The position numbers and the translations under genes are program-made. Under the pieces are notes generated by a model. It was given only the letters and a program-made list of their open reading frames with translations. It was not told the origin of the DNA and did no database searches. Shown here piece after piece: positions 8,478-16,404 of a stretch of 21,351 bases of DNA. Each line of letters starts with the position of its first letter. The first letter of the stretch is position 1. The DNA is from a virus (taxonomy: Duplodnaviria > Heunggongvirae > Uroviricota > Caudoviricetes): the IMG/VR virus record IMGVR_UViG_2861043448_000004, positions 1-21,351 of that record; one strand, given 5' to 3'.

Positions 8478-9890
8478 TCATTCAGTGTTTCCTGCCGGAT
8501 AGCTGGCCGGATCAATTCGCTGGCTCTCCCCGTCGCTGTCACCGCGCAATGACTGCGTGATGTTGTAACGATCAATAATCCAGCGTTCGCCACGGCTGCC
8601 ATAGCCCGTTACCTGAACCACAAAACGGCGATGACGTCCCGCCTGCACATCCACTGTCGCCACAAGGAAATTAACGCCATCCGGCACACTGCGGGAAGGA
8701 ACTGGCTCTGCCCGCTGCTCAAGCAATTCACTTTTTCGTTGCTCCATGCTGGCGCGGGGAAGATAAGGTAATCCCCAGTCGGTATTGATAACCGTCTTGA
8801 GTGTCTCTTCACTTCCGGTTGTCTCGTATTCCTGTTCTGCAGTAAGCAGTTTGTAAACGAGTTGCGAGAGTGTCTGATAAGCAGCTGCCGGCCCCTCCAT
8901 CCAGAATGACGCAATACGTGAACGCCGGGGATCACCATAACGACTGCCATCTGCATTGATGGATTCACCATCCCGTAACCAGACCCCACGTCCGTTCAGC
9001 TCGCGTTTTTGTTCAGGCAAAATCCGTCCTGAACAGGAAGGACACTGAATATAAGCCGCCTCACTTGCCAGCACAGGATCGGCAATATCACGGAAACCAG
9101 CAACCACATCGCCGCAGGGCTGAAAATACTCACCACAGTGTGGACAGGGCCAGTACCAGCGACGGCGATCGCCACGGTTATAGAGCGACAGGATCCCCGT
9201 GGTTGGTGGAGCCTCATGCGGTGAAGTCCGTCGCCATTTCACATCCTTCACATCCCTGCCGGGGGAACTCTCCACCAGCGTCATACCACTGGACATAAAT
9301 GTGGTGGTACGTTTTGAGGCAAGAGAGAAGGCATCCCCCTCACCATCAATATCTTCCGGAAAACGGTCATAATCCGTCAGCGCCACGCATTTATAATCTG
9401 ATGAAGACATGATATTGACTGACGGCCAGCCGATTTTCAGGTAGTTGCCAGCAAGGAATGTTCTGTCATAAACGTTGTTGTCATTTTTGTTCGGACTCAG
9501 GCGACTGACCACTTCCGGGCTGACGCGAAACGTTCTGGCGAGTCGTTTTTTGGAGTGTTCGCGGGCTTTTTCCTCCGTCATCTGAATGATCAGCATATCA
9601 GCAGGATCGCAAATCACGTTGTAAATCACCCAGCCGTCAATCAGGCCGATAGTCTTGCCGGTTCGTGCCGGGCCAACAAATATCACTGCGTCGTATTCAC
9701 GCGAGGCCAGGCAGTTCATAGGCTCAATAACATACGGTGCCACCAGCGGATCCCACGGGACTGAGTTCCCTGCCCCCATGGGCACCCGCATATACTGAGC
9801 AACGGCATCAGCAACCCGCATTCGTCTCGGTGCGCGAAGGATATAACCTGAATCGGTTCGTGCTGCCTTTGCGGTTTCCTGATTCAGCAT
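8478..9890 (-). pseudogene. Terminase large subunit (GpA family), C-terminally truncated
   Basis: 470 aa against about 640 in lambda gpA; contains GPARTGKT Walker-A-like motif, zinc-finger-like WPCPHCGEYFQ ... CPSCSG and WIIDRYNI resembling lambda gpA ACPHCGEE and SWLIDRQII; start overlaps the small-subunit stop (TAATG) with GGAGGAG Shine-Dalgarno; ORF ends abruptly at TGA directly abutting stf. Confidence 0.75.
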
Positions 9891-10381
9891 TACTCCTCCT
9901 GCTGTAATTCCTCCTCATCATCCGCACCTGCTTCGGTCACCCGCAGGGCTATCTGATCGCGCAGATCATCAATAATGGACTGAACACGGCTCACAGCAGC
10001 AGGCTGCAGGCCGCAGTCACGTTCCAGAATATCCGGTAATGTCTCCAGCACCTGCACGACCGCTTTTGCCCAGATGGCAAACTCCCGTCTGACATCACTG
10101 GCCGGAATGAGTTGTGCCGTTTCCTGTTCGAACTTAAGACGCTCACGTTCAGACTGATACCAGGCTTTGCGTTCATGTGGATCCATTTCGCCCTCAGCAA
10201 CCGGCGGTGGTAACCCCATAAATTCAGTCAGAATATCGGTCAACCGGTATAGCTTGAGTTTGTCATGTCCACCAGCGGGACGAATGTTTTTCAGTCTTGC
10301 CACGACAGTCTGGCGGTGCAGACCAGATAAAGCCGCCAGTTGATTAATATTCAGCACCAGGTTTTTCAACTCATGATCCAT
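9890..10381 (-). CDS. Terminase small subunit (Nu1-like, N-terminal HTH)
   Basis: 163 aa; N-terminus MDHELKNLVLNINQLAALSGLHRQTVVARLKNIRPAGG is a winged-HTH resembling lambda Nu1; GGAGG Shine-Dalgarno 4-5 nt upstream; acidic C-terminus; translationally coupled to the large subunit. Confidence 0.65.
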   Translation of the reverse strand: MDHELKNLVLNINQLAALSGLHRQTVVARLKNIRPAGGHDKLKLYRLTDILTEFMGLPPPVAEGEMDPHERKAWYQSERERLKFEQETAQLIPASDVRREFAIWAKAVVQVLETLPDILERDCGLQPAAVSRVQSIIDDLRDQIALRVTEAGADDEEELQQEE

Positions 10382-10555
10382 ATTTCCTCCGGAGAGCTTT
10401 AAACATGCATCGTGCGAACAACTTTAAGAAAACGCGTTCGATGTCGAACAAAAAACACGCAATTCGACATACAAAAAACAAATAATCATTAATAATCAAT
10501 AAGATGTAAAGATGATGGTGGCCGATAAAAATGCAAAAACTAGCCTTTTTCCGCG

Positions 10556-10567
10556 ACGCTCCCGCCC
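10556..10567 (-). other. Candidate cosN cohesive-end site
   Basis: Minus strand reads ACGGGGCGGGAGCGTCGCGG, closely resembling lambda ACG-GGGCGGCGACCT-CGCGG (lambda cos recalled from memory); lies about 180 bp upstream of the terminase small-subunit start, as in lambda. Confidence 0.4.
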
Positions 10568-10998
10568 CGTGGCAGGCCACCCCACCGGGAGGACCCGTCA
10601 GCCTGACAGCTCTGACGAACGTCTGATACAACGCCTTGCATGAATGGCATCGGGATAATCCAGAAAGGCATAGCATCGTGCCCACAAGAATCTGTGTAAG
10701 TGTCCTGTTTCTTCCACCCCCGCACAGGACTGGCGAGCATGAGGGACAAACCCGCGAACCATAAACGCGGTAAAAACCCGGTGTGCATCGTTTTTGATTA
10801 TTCCCGCACACTCTCGCAGAAGGAGTTCCCCGTCGGGCTACGGTCTCTGTTAATACGGGAATACGGCGACGATACAGCGCATGATGTGTCAGGCTTGAAT
10901 ACCTTTATCCGTTAAAAGGGATATCAGTTAAATTATCCCGTGTAGGGTATAAGCCATTGTCAAAGACACTCGACATGGAATGGGCTTTGTAATAGCAA

Positions 10999-11020
10999 TA
11001 AAAAACCGCCCGGAGGCGGC
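10999..11020 (-). terminator. Candidate intrinsic terminator downstream of the 79-aa gene
   Basis: Minus strand GCCGCCTCCGGGCGG hairpin followed by TTTTTT (plus-strand A-run at 11000..11005). Confidence 0.45.
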
Positions 11021-11059
11021 ATTTCAAGTGTGACGTATGTTAGATCAAAAACTTAAATA

Positions 11060-11299
11060 CTAACTGTCGAATTTGTTTCGTAACTCCGGCGACAGTGACG
11101 ACCACCAGTTTATCGCTTCAAGTGCTTCTTTCTCTATATAATTTTTTTTATAGAATGCTTGCAATTGAGGTAGCACATTATCATGTGAGAATGCCTCTGA
11201 AATTTTGAAGTCTGCACCTAAGTGCATCGCTCCCATTTTCAATACCTTGAGATACCCATGGATTTCAGCATGTTTTTCAAAATCATCTAATATATTCAT
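11060..11299 (-). CDS. Hypothetical small protein (79 aa) between lysis genes and cos
   Basis: Intact ORF MNILDDFEKHAEIHGYLKVL...; followed by a terminator; family not recognised. Confidence 0.45.
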   Translation of the reverse strand: MNILDDFEKHAEIHGYLKVLKMGAMHLGADFKISEAFSHDNVLPQLQAFYKKNYIEKEALEAINWWSSLSPELRNKFDS

Positions 11300-11326
11300 T
11301 TCTTCATCCTTTAGTGAGAGCGCTCA

Positions 11327-11354
11327 ACATACTACATACTACATACTACATAAT
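11327..11354. repeat. Tandem heptanucleotide repeat (ACATACT) x3 plus one imperfect unit
   Basis: ACATACT ACATACT ACATACT ACATAAT read directly; spans the Rz stop codon and the upstream region of the 79-aa gene. Confidence 0.85.
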
Positions 11355-11807
11355 GCACTGGGTGACGATATAGTTCTGCAGATAACTAATCTGTTTAGTC
11401 ACTGTGACGATTCGCTCTCTAAGGGTGAAATAATCCCGTTCAGCGGAGTCATTAAGTCGGGGGCTGGTAACATCGCCCAAGCTGCCGGTGCTGGTCGCTC
11501 CATTCGCGGGACATCTGGCGTTGAAGTGCAGCCCACACTTGCCAGTGCGAACACAACGCTGCAAATCATCAAGCTGCTTTTTAGCATCAGCTAAGTCCTT
11601 CGTGTATTTGGCATCCAGAGCCGCTACATCACGCTGGCGGATCTGCATGTCTTTGATGGTGGCGTTCGCCAGTTTCAGTTCTCTGGTGTTTTTGTCGCGC
11701 TGCTCTTTGTAAGTCATGGCGTTATCCCGGTAATGATTAACAGCCCATGACAGACAGACGATGATGCAGATAACCAGAGCGGAGATAATCGCGGTTAATC
11801 TGCTCAT
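11346..11807 (-). CDS. Rz: Spanin inner-membrane subunit Rz (i-spanin)
   Basis: [30 protein letters not shown]... is near-identical in its first ~70 residues to lambda Rz; ATG at 11807 overlaps the upstream stop (ATGA). Confidence 0.9.
   Translation of the reverse strand: MSRLTAIISALVICIIVCLSWAVNHYRDNAMTYKEQRDKNTRELKLANATIKDMQIRQRDVAALDAKYTKDLADAKKQLDDLQRCVRTGKCGLHFNARCPANGATSTGSLGDVTSPRLNDSAERDYFTLRERIVTVTKQISYLQNYIVTQCIM
11399..11587 (-). CDS. Rz1: Spanin outer-membrane lipoprotein Rz1 (o-spanin), embedded in the Rz +1 frame
   Basis: 62-aa ORF wholly inside Rz in another frame; lipobox LASVGC, proline-rich [12 protein letters not shown] and PLNGIISP motif shared with lambda Rz1. Confidence 0.8.
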   Translation of the reverse strand: MLKSSLMICSVVFALASVGCTSTPDVPRMERPAPAAWAMLPAPDLMTPLNGIISPLESESSQ

Positions 11808-12178
11808 TTCTGCCCCCACAAACAGACTTCACGCTCAATCTCCCGACGAGTCATCAGTCCTTTCCATTGCTTACCGCCAGCGTATGTCCAGCGACGTAGC
11901 TGATCACACGCACCTTTGATATCGTCCCGGTTGATTTTGCGAAGAAGCGTCGATGTTCTGAAATTTCCAGTATCCGGAGGAAACAACACGATCTCCACTG
12001 AAGCAGGTGCCGACGTTGGTTTCGGCAGACGACGTAACTGCTCAACTATTGCTGCGCACGCCGCGCTCTGAAATTTTCGCCCCGCCTCGCTTATCAGGCT
12101 CTTACCAGCAAATGCCCCTTTGTTGGGGTGTCGCCAGTACGTGTTCACACTGGGCGGGAAAGGAAGGATCAACTTCAT
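11804..12178 (-). pseudogene. Chimeric ORF: RusA resolvase N-terminus fused to endolysin C-terminus
   Basis: Residues 1 to about 68 (LPFPPSVNTYWRH...VEIVLFPPD) resemble RusA (LPWPPSNNRYYRH...) but stop before the catalytic acidic cluster; the remainder [54 protein letters not shown] matches the C-terminus of a DLP12 RrrD-type lysozyme (from memory). Confidence 0.6.
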
Positions 12179-12501
12179 ACTTTCAGGCCCCTCTCATGTA
12201 ACCAGTGGGCTGCACGCAACCTGGCGTTCTCCTCACCGGCAAGCAGTGCGCGGATGATACCGACCGCCTCGCTGTCGTCGTCCTTCACTGCGGTATGAAG
12301 CGTGATCCCCCGGGCCACGCCACGCTTTATCGTGATGACGCCTTTTTTCTCCAGTGCGCGAAGATGCTCCACGGCTGCATTCACTGAACGGTATCCCAGC
12401 ATGGTTGCCACCTCCTGATTGGTTGGCAGAAAGCCACGCTCTTGCTGGTAAGAAATCAGAATATCCAGCACCTGCTGCTGGCATTGAGTTAACGTCGTCA
12501 T
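12175..12501 (-). CDS. LexA-like winged-helix DNA-binding protein with no peptidase domain
   Basis: 108 aa; MTTLTQCQQQVLDILISYQQERGFLPTNQEVATMLGYRSVNAAVEHLRALEKKGVITIKRGVARGITL parallels LexA residues 1 to about 70 (MKALTARQQEVFDLI...[30 protein letters not shown]); no S24 Ser/Lys domain follows. Confidence 0.6.
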   Translation of the reverse strand: MTTLTQCQQQVLDILISYQQERGFLPTNQEVATMLGYRSVNAAVEHLRALEKKGVITIKRGVARGITLHTAVKDDDSEAVGIIRALLAGEENARLRAAHWLHERGLKV

Positions 12502-13151
12502 GCCGCCATCTCCCTAACCAGTTTTTCCGCCTGCTGGCGAACCTGCGCCAGAAACGCCTCACCACATGCCTCAAGTTCATCGCGCCCGATGTAGCTGATT
12601 GCCGGTCCCTTCCAGGTCTTATCGAAAACAGCAATAGCACCAGCGAAGAAAGCGCCTGTCGGCACCTGCTTCTCATCCTTCGGGATAAACCAGGCAGGCA
12701 GTTCAAAACCAATACGCCCGCGAATAAAAGCAATATGGTCCGCATCTTCCGGCCACCACACTTCGCTGGTGGCAGCTTTGATCAGGAAAACATAGCGCCC
12801 ACCCTTATCACGCATGGCACTGGCATGTTTCATGATGTAACGCATGCCGGTGATGTATTGCCCCTCATGCTGACTGGCGCGGCTGTATGGGGGATTACCA
12901 AAGGCAGCCCCTTTAAGCTCCGCAAGACGTTCTGACCAGTCATGCGCCAGCGCGTTGTCTTCCGCCGTGTAATACGCAGCACATTTGGCGTTATCACCGT
13001 CAGTGAACAGATCCAGAACAAACGGGCCAAACAGGGTGTTAATTCCCCAGAAAATGTTGTCCGGCGTGCGCCACTGATCGCCCACTTCCTTCAGTTCATG
13101 GGCTGGTTTGTTCCGCAGTTCCACCAGCGCCTGGCAATATTTATTACTCAT
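12498..13151 (-). CDS. Phage Dam-like DNA N6-adenine methyltransferase (orphan)
   Basis: 217 aa from the ATG at 13151 (TAATG overlap with the upstream stop); NPPY catalytic motif in AAFGNPPYSRAS; no adjacent restriction endonuclease. Confidence 0.75.
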   Translation of the reverse strand: MSNKYCQALVELRNKPAHELKEVGDQWRTPDNIFWGINTLFGPFVLDLFTDGDNAKCAAYYTAEDNALAHDWSERLAELKGAAFGNPPYSRASQHEGQYITGMRYIMKHASAMRDKGGRYVFLIKAATSEVWWPEDADHIAFIRGRIGFELPAWFIPKDEKQVPTGAFFAGAIAVFDKTWKGPAISYIGRDELEACGEAFLAQVRQQAEKLVREMAA

Positions 13152-13639
13152 TAAGCCCCCACGTAATTCCCTGACAGATACCACTCATCACCCGGTACAG
13201 CGCGCTTGCTGCTTTTCCGTAAACACCGCTCACGACGCGCAAGAAAATTGTTTCGCTCTGGCTGGGAGTGGCTTTCACGGAATGCCGCCATCCACACCGT
13301 TGCAGCACGACGGTATAAGCCCCTCGACTCCAGTTCTTCCGCCTGGCGGGTCAGGCACAAAATCACCCGGGGATCGTTAGTGCCGACATAGAAATTGCGC
13401 ACAGGTCTGGTTTCACGAACTGGTTGCGGTTCCGCCTCCTGCGCTCTCTCAGTCAGGCGCGGGAAATGTCTGCGTGTATCCCCTTCACAACGGTGAGCCA
13501 CACGACCACTCTGACGTAACTTGCTTGCTGACTGCAGAACGCGCTGCCGTGAGTAACCTGCAAAAGCATCCGCAATGTCTCCGGAAGTACACCCCGGATG
13601 GGCTTCAATGTATTTCTGAACTTCATTCAAAAGACTCAT
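13151..13639 (-). CDS. Hypothetical phage protein (YfdN-like; PerC-like motif near C-terminus)
   Basis: About 162 aa from the ATG at 13639; segment LESRGLYRRAATVWMAAF resembles the PerC/Pch family signature (from memory); translationally coupled on both sides. Confidence 0.45.
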   Translation of the reverse strand: MSLLNEVQKYIEAHPGCTSGDIADAFAGYSRQRVLQSASKLRQSGRVAHRCEGDTRRHFPRLTERAQEAEPQPVRETRPVRNFYVGTNDPRVILCLTRQAEELESRGLYRRAATVWMAAFRESHSQPERNNFLARRERCLRKSSKRAVPGDEWYLSGNYVGA

Positions 13640-13641
13640 GA

Positions 13642-14460
13642 TCACCCCCTGAATCCTGCCGGGATCTGGCTGTAGTCCACGTTGTCGTAACTGGCTTTGA
13701 AGTACGGGTCCTCGCGTCTGGCTGCAGATACCGCAGGAACTTCCCAGGATTCTTCGAAATGACGATCCGGACCAAAGAACGTGACAGCCTGTTTCACAAA
13801 TTGTGTGCCGCTGTTACCCATCGCAGATACCCAGCCCGCGTAGCGTTTCACACCTTCCAGCATGGTTTCGGGGTTTACCCCCTCATTCAAACGGGCTTTC
13901 CAGGCTTTGAAGGCTGCAGATTTTGAATTGCCACCAGCACGTTTGGGATATACCAGCCATGCCTGCTCAAACTCCGGAGAGTATTCCGGTCGGTTTGAAC
14001 GAACTCGCACGGACTCATCAACTGATGCACCAACAGCTATTGGTTCATTGACTGGTTCTTTGACTGGTTCAAAAGAGTGACTGGTTCTGGGTGAATCTCC
14101 TGCACTACCCCCTGGTGCAACTCCTGCACTACCTGGTGAATTTGCTGCACCAGATAGTGAATTATTTGCACTACCCCCTAGTGAATCTCCTGCACCATCC
14201 AGATGAAGGAGATAGATATTACTTGAGTTACCTTTTTCACCTTTCCGGGTGACTTTTTTTACCAGCCCGGACTCACAAAGGGCCGCAATATGATTCATCA
14301 CAGAACGTTTGCTAATCTCGCACTGGTCAGCAATATGCTGGTAGCTGGGCCAGCACTCACCCTGATCGCTGGCATTATCAGCCAGCTTGATCAGAACCAG
14401 TTTTCGCAATGGATTACCCACTCGAATTTTCATCGCTTTAACCATCAGCTCCATACTCAT
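13642..14460 (-). CDS. Phage replication initiation protein (N-terminal HTH, repeat linker, C-terminal domain)
   Basis: 272 aa; N-terminal LRKLVLIKLADNASDQGECWPSYQHIADQCEISKRSVMNHIAALCESGLVKK is a replication-initiator-type winged HTH; low-complexity Gly/Ser/Ala/Pro linker encoded by DNA direct repeats; gene order matches the lambda O position. Confidence 0.65.
   Translation of the reverse strand: MSMELMVKAMKIRVGNPLRKLVLIKLADNASDQGECWPSYQHIADQCEISKRSVMNHIAALCESGLVKKVTRKGEKGNSSNIYLLHLDGAGDSLGGSANNSLSGAANSPGSAGVAPGGSAGDSPRTSHSFEPVKEPVNEPIAVGASVDESVRVRSNRPEYSPEFEQAWLVYPKRAGGNSKSAAFKAWKARLNEGVNPETMLEGVKRYAGWVSAMGNSGTQFVKQAVTFFGPDRHFEESWEVPAVSAARREDPYFKASYDNVDYSQIPAGFRG
14049..14200. repeat. Direct-repeat arrays inside the replication gene (candidate origin iterons)
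   Basis: Three copies of TGACTGGTTC (14049..14086) then about five imperfect ~22-bp units of GGTGAATCTCCTGCACTACCCCCT type (14090..14200). Confidence 0.5.
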
Positions 14461-14693
14461 GCTGCACCTCCGAGATGCTTCATGTTTTTTCCGGAGCGAA
14501 AGGCTATAAGCGGCATACTGACGCGGTAATTACGGCCCAGCGGTTCACAAATCACCTTCTGGCATTCACGGTCAACCAGGCTAACACGTAGAACATGCCC
14601 TGCAGGTGTGGTGTACCACTGCCCAACTGTAGGAATTGATGTTTTTTTACGCTGAAGCAAACGGCAAATATTGAGGATCAACGGATTAAGCAT
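14457..14693 (-). CDS. Hypothetical small phage protein (78 aa)
   Basis: ORF with ATGA-type overlaps to both neighbours in the early-right operon; no recognised family. Confidence 0.45.
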   Translation of the reverse strand: MLNPLILNICRLLQRKKTSIPTVGQWYTTPAGHVLRVSLVDRECQKVICEPLGRNYRVSMPLIAFRSGKNMKHLGGAA

Positions 14694-15522
14694 GACGATG
14701 CCCTCCGCTGATATTCAGGAGACGGTGAATATGAAAATTAGCCTTATCCGCCAGACGAATACGTTCAGCCTGCAAGTTAAGAAGGGTTTCTACCAGAACT
14801 TGATGCGCCTGCGGATCCGAAAGAGTTACCTTGCGCAGAGCACGTAGTGCAGTTGTTACATAACTGAGTTTATGTAAGTCTTCATCATTCAGACGAGTGA
14901 GGGCTGGGACAGTAGCCATGATGGCAGCCTCCGATAACAGTGAATTACCTTCACCACCGGAAACGCCAATTTCGCTGGTGGTGAACTGAACGGGGTTGGC
15001 GTAACCGGCGTTATCGGAAACCGGCGCACCTTTCGGTGCCCCCGTCCAGCCCACCATAATTTGGGTGTGCACAGACGCAGACGATAAAAAAGACGCTGGC
15101 GCGTCATATATCGCCGATAACATTTCCAGGACGCCAATCCCGGCACCCGCTTTATAAGGTGCCTGAACAGTGTAACGTCCCGGAATGGCAGAATCAATGT
15201 GCTGGTGGTCCTTCACACTCAACAAAATCACGCCTGAATTTCCACAAAGGACTAAAGCACTCATGCGGGTAGTCTTTGCGAAGATAGATAACGCGCTGTG
15301 TTTCTGGCTCCCAACGAATAACATGGACATAAAGCCCTCTTCCGTCACGAAACCAGCGGTTAAGTTCCTGCACAACTCGCCCCCCACAGTCAGGTAAAGT
15401 TCTCTGTGGTTACTTACAGCCAGGTGATTTGGTAATCTGCATTCATGCCGTAACAACAGGTGTTCAGCGACACTGACCACCAGCTGTTGCGACAAACGGT
15501 TATTTGCCGTTAAACTGTTCAT
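14686..15522 (-). CDS. Hypothetical phage protein (278 aa), possibly YdaU-like
   Basis: Long intact ORF, translationally coupled to the upstream gene; family assignment tentative and from memory only. Confidence 0.5.
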   Translation of the reverse strand: MNSLTANNRLSQQLVVSVAEHLLLRHECRLPNHLAVSNHRELYLTVGGELCRNLTAGFVTEEGFMSMLFVGSQKHSALSIFAKTTRMSALVLCGNSGVILLSVKDHQHIDSAIPGRYTVQAPYKAGAGIGVLEMLSAIYDAPASFLSSASVHTQIMVGWTGAPKGAPVSDNAGYANPVQFTTSEIGVSGGEGNSLLSEAAIMATVPALTRLNDEDLHKLSYVTTALRALRKVTLSDPQAHQVLVETLLNLQAERIRLADKANFHIHRLLNISGGHRHA

Positions 15523-16082
15523 GCGTTAGTTTCTCCACAGACACAAAACGCCACGACGCCCGGAGCTGCACACTCGCGGGCGTCACTCTTTTCTGGAGCG
15601 CAAAAGATTTTGTAGACCAGTGCTGCATGCTCCTGGAGCTTCGAAATTGACAGATACAACTCATCATTAATTGCTGTCTGCTCGTGTGGCTCCACTACCC
15701 CATCTTCGATTGCCGAACGAATCTGCTTTGAGTAACTCCCGATCTGTTCGATGACTTCCAGCAGGCGCTGGTTTATATCGGCGTTCTCTACTTCCTCAAT
15801 TTCAGGAAGCGATACAAACACCCCACCAGCAGACTGTGCGACAGCATCCGCAATGTAGTGAGTGCCAGCCGCGCGCTGTAAAATCATTGCCCATCCCAGC
15901 GGGAAAATCTGATCGCCATCTGCACGAAGGCGGTTGAATAAAGCGTTCTCTGTTACATCCAGCCACTCAGCAGCTTCAGCGTAACCCCCCGGCAACGCCG
16001 CGATAGTTTTTCTGACAGCTTTCACGTACCACTCAGGCTGTTTTTCTACTTTCCAGTGATGCTTACCCACGGTTAGCCTCAT
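15519..16082 (-). CDS. Putative CII-like early regulatory protein (187 aa)
   Basis: Sits immediately downstream of the cro-like gene in the cII position; identity inferred from position more than from sequence. Confidence 0.4.
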   Translation of the reverse strand: MRLTVGKHHWKVEKQPEWYVKAVRKTIAALPGGYAEAAEWLDVTENALFNRLRADGDQIFPLGWAMILQRAAGTHYIADAVAQSAGGVFVSLPEIEEVENADINQRLLEVIEQIGSYSKQIRSAIEDGVVEPHEQTAINDELYLSISKLQEHAALVYKIFCAPEKSDARECAAPGVVAFCVCGETNA

Positions 16083-16113
16083 CGTTCTGTGGTTAAAAAT
16101 TGAAGGTGTTCTG

Positions 16114-16314
16114 TTAATCTTTCGGATAGATATCCGGTCTTAAGTCAGATTTCGTAATTGCACCTGACGTGCATTGCTCAAGTTTTTTAGCCAGCACAAA
16201 ACTGGCTTTTTTATAACCATTGAAAACCAGCCGTAAGTAGCCTGGTGTTGAGCCAACTTTTCCGGCCAACTCACCCTGCTGTTCTTTGGTTAAAGAGTCC
16301 CAATACGCTTTCAT
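16114..16314 (-). CDS. Cro/YdaS-family HTH regulator
   Basis: 66 aa from the ATG at 16314 (GGAGGT Shine-Dalgarno 7 nt upstream); MKAYWDSLTKEQQGELAGKVGSTPGYLRLVFNGYKKASF...LRPDIYPKD resembles Rac YdaS-type Cro proteins; divergent from CI. The 167-aa track ORF over-extends across the operators. Confidence 0.65.
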   Translation of the reverse strand: MKAYWDSLTKEQQGELAGKVGSTPGYLRLVFNGYKKASFVLAKKLEQCTSGAITKSDLRPDIYPKD

Positions 16315-16320
16315 ACAATA

Positions 16321-16387
16321 TGTACCTCCGGTATACATATTACATGATTGAGATGAACCTTCAAGATACTTGTACCTTATCGGTACA
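16321..16387. promoter_or_regulatory. OR-like operator cluster with divergent pR and pRM-like promoters
   Basis: Three 17-bp sites of form TGTACC-N5-GRTACA: TGTACCtccggTATACA (16321..16337), TGAACCttcaaGATACT (16354..16370), TGTACCttatcGGTACA (16371..16387). Minus-strand pR candidate TTGAAG-16-TAATAT; plus-strand TTGTAC (16370..16375) and TTTAAT (16393..16398) would place the transcript start at the CI ATG (leaderless, as for lambda pRM). Confidence 0.5.
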
Positions 16388-16404
16388 AAGGTTTTAATTT
16401 CTTT

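Noticed and set aside
7784-8602. 272-aa Arg/Gln/Pro-rich minus-strand ORF, and plus-strand ORFs at 7913..8269 and 7939..8364
   Set aside because: Alternative-frame and antisense readings of the Ala/Ser-rich repeat region of stf; their composition is a frame artefact of the coding repeats.
10371-10811. 146-aa and 82-aa minus-strand ORFs and a 71-aa plus-strand ORF in the cos region
   Set aside because: They lie across the cos-like site and terminase-binding repeats, lack ribosome-binding sites and have implausible Cys/Arg-rich composition.
12233-12935. 170-aa minus-strand and 193-aa plus-strand ORFs overlapping the methyltransferase and LexA-like genes
   Set aside because: Out-of-frame or antisense overlaps with genes that have clear motifs (NPPY, LexA-type HTH); Arg-rich frame artefacts.
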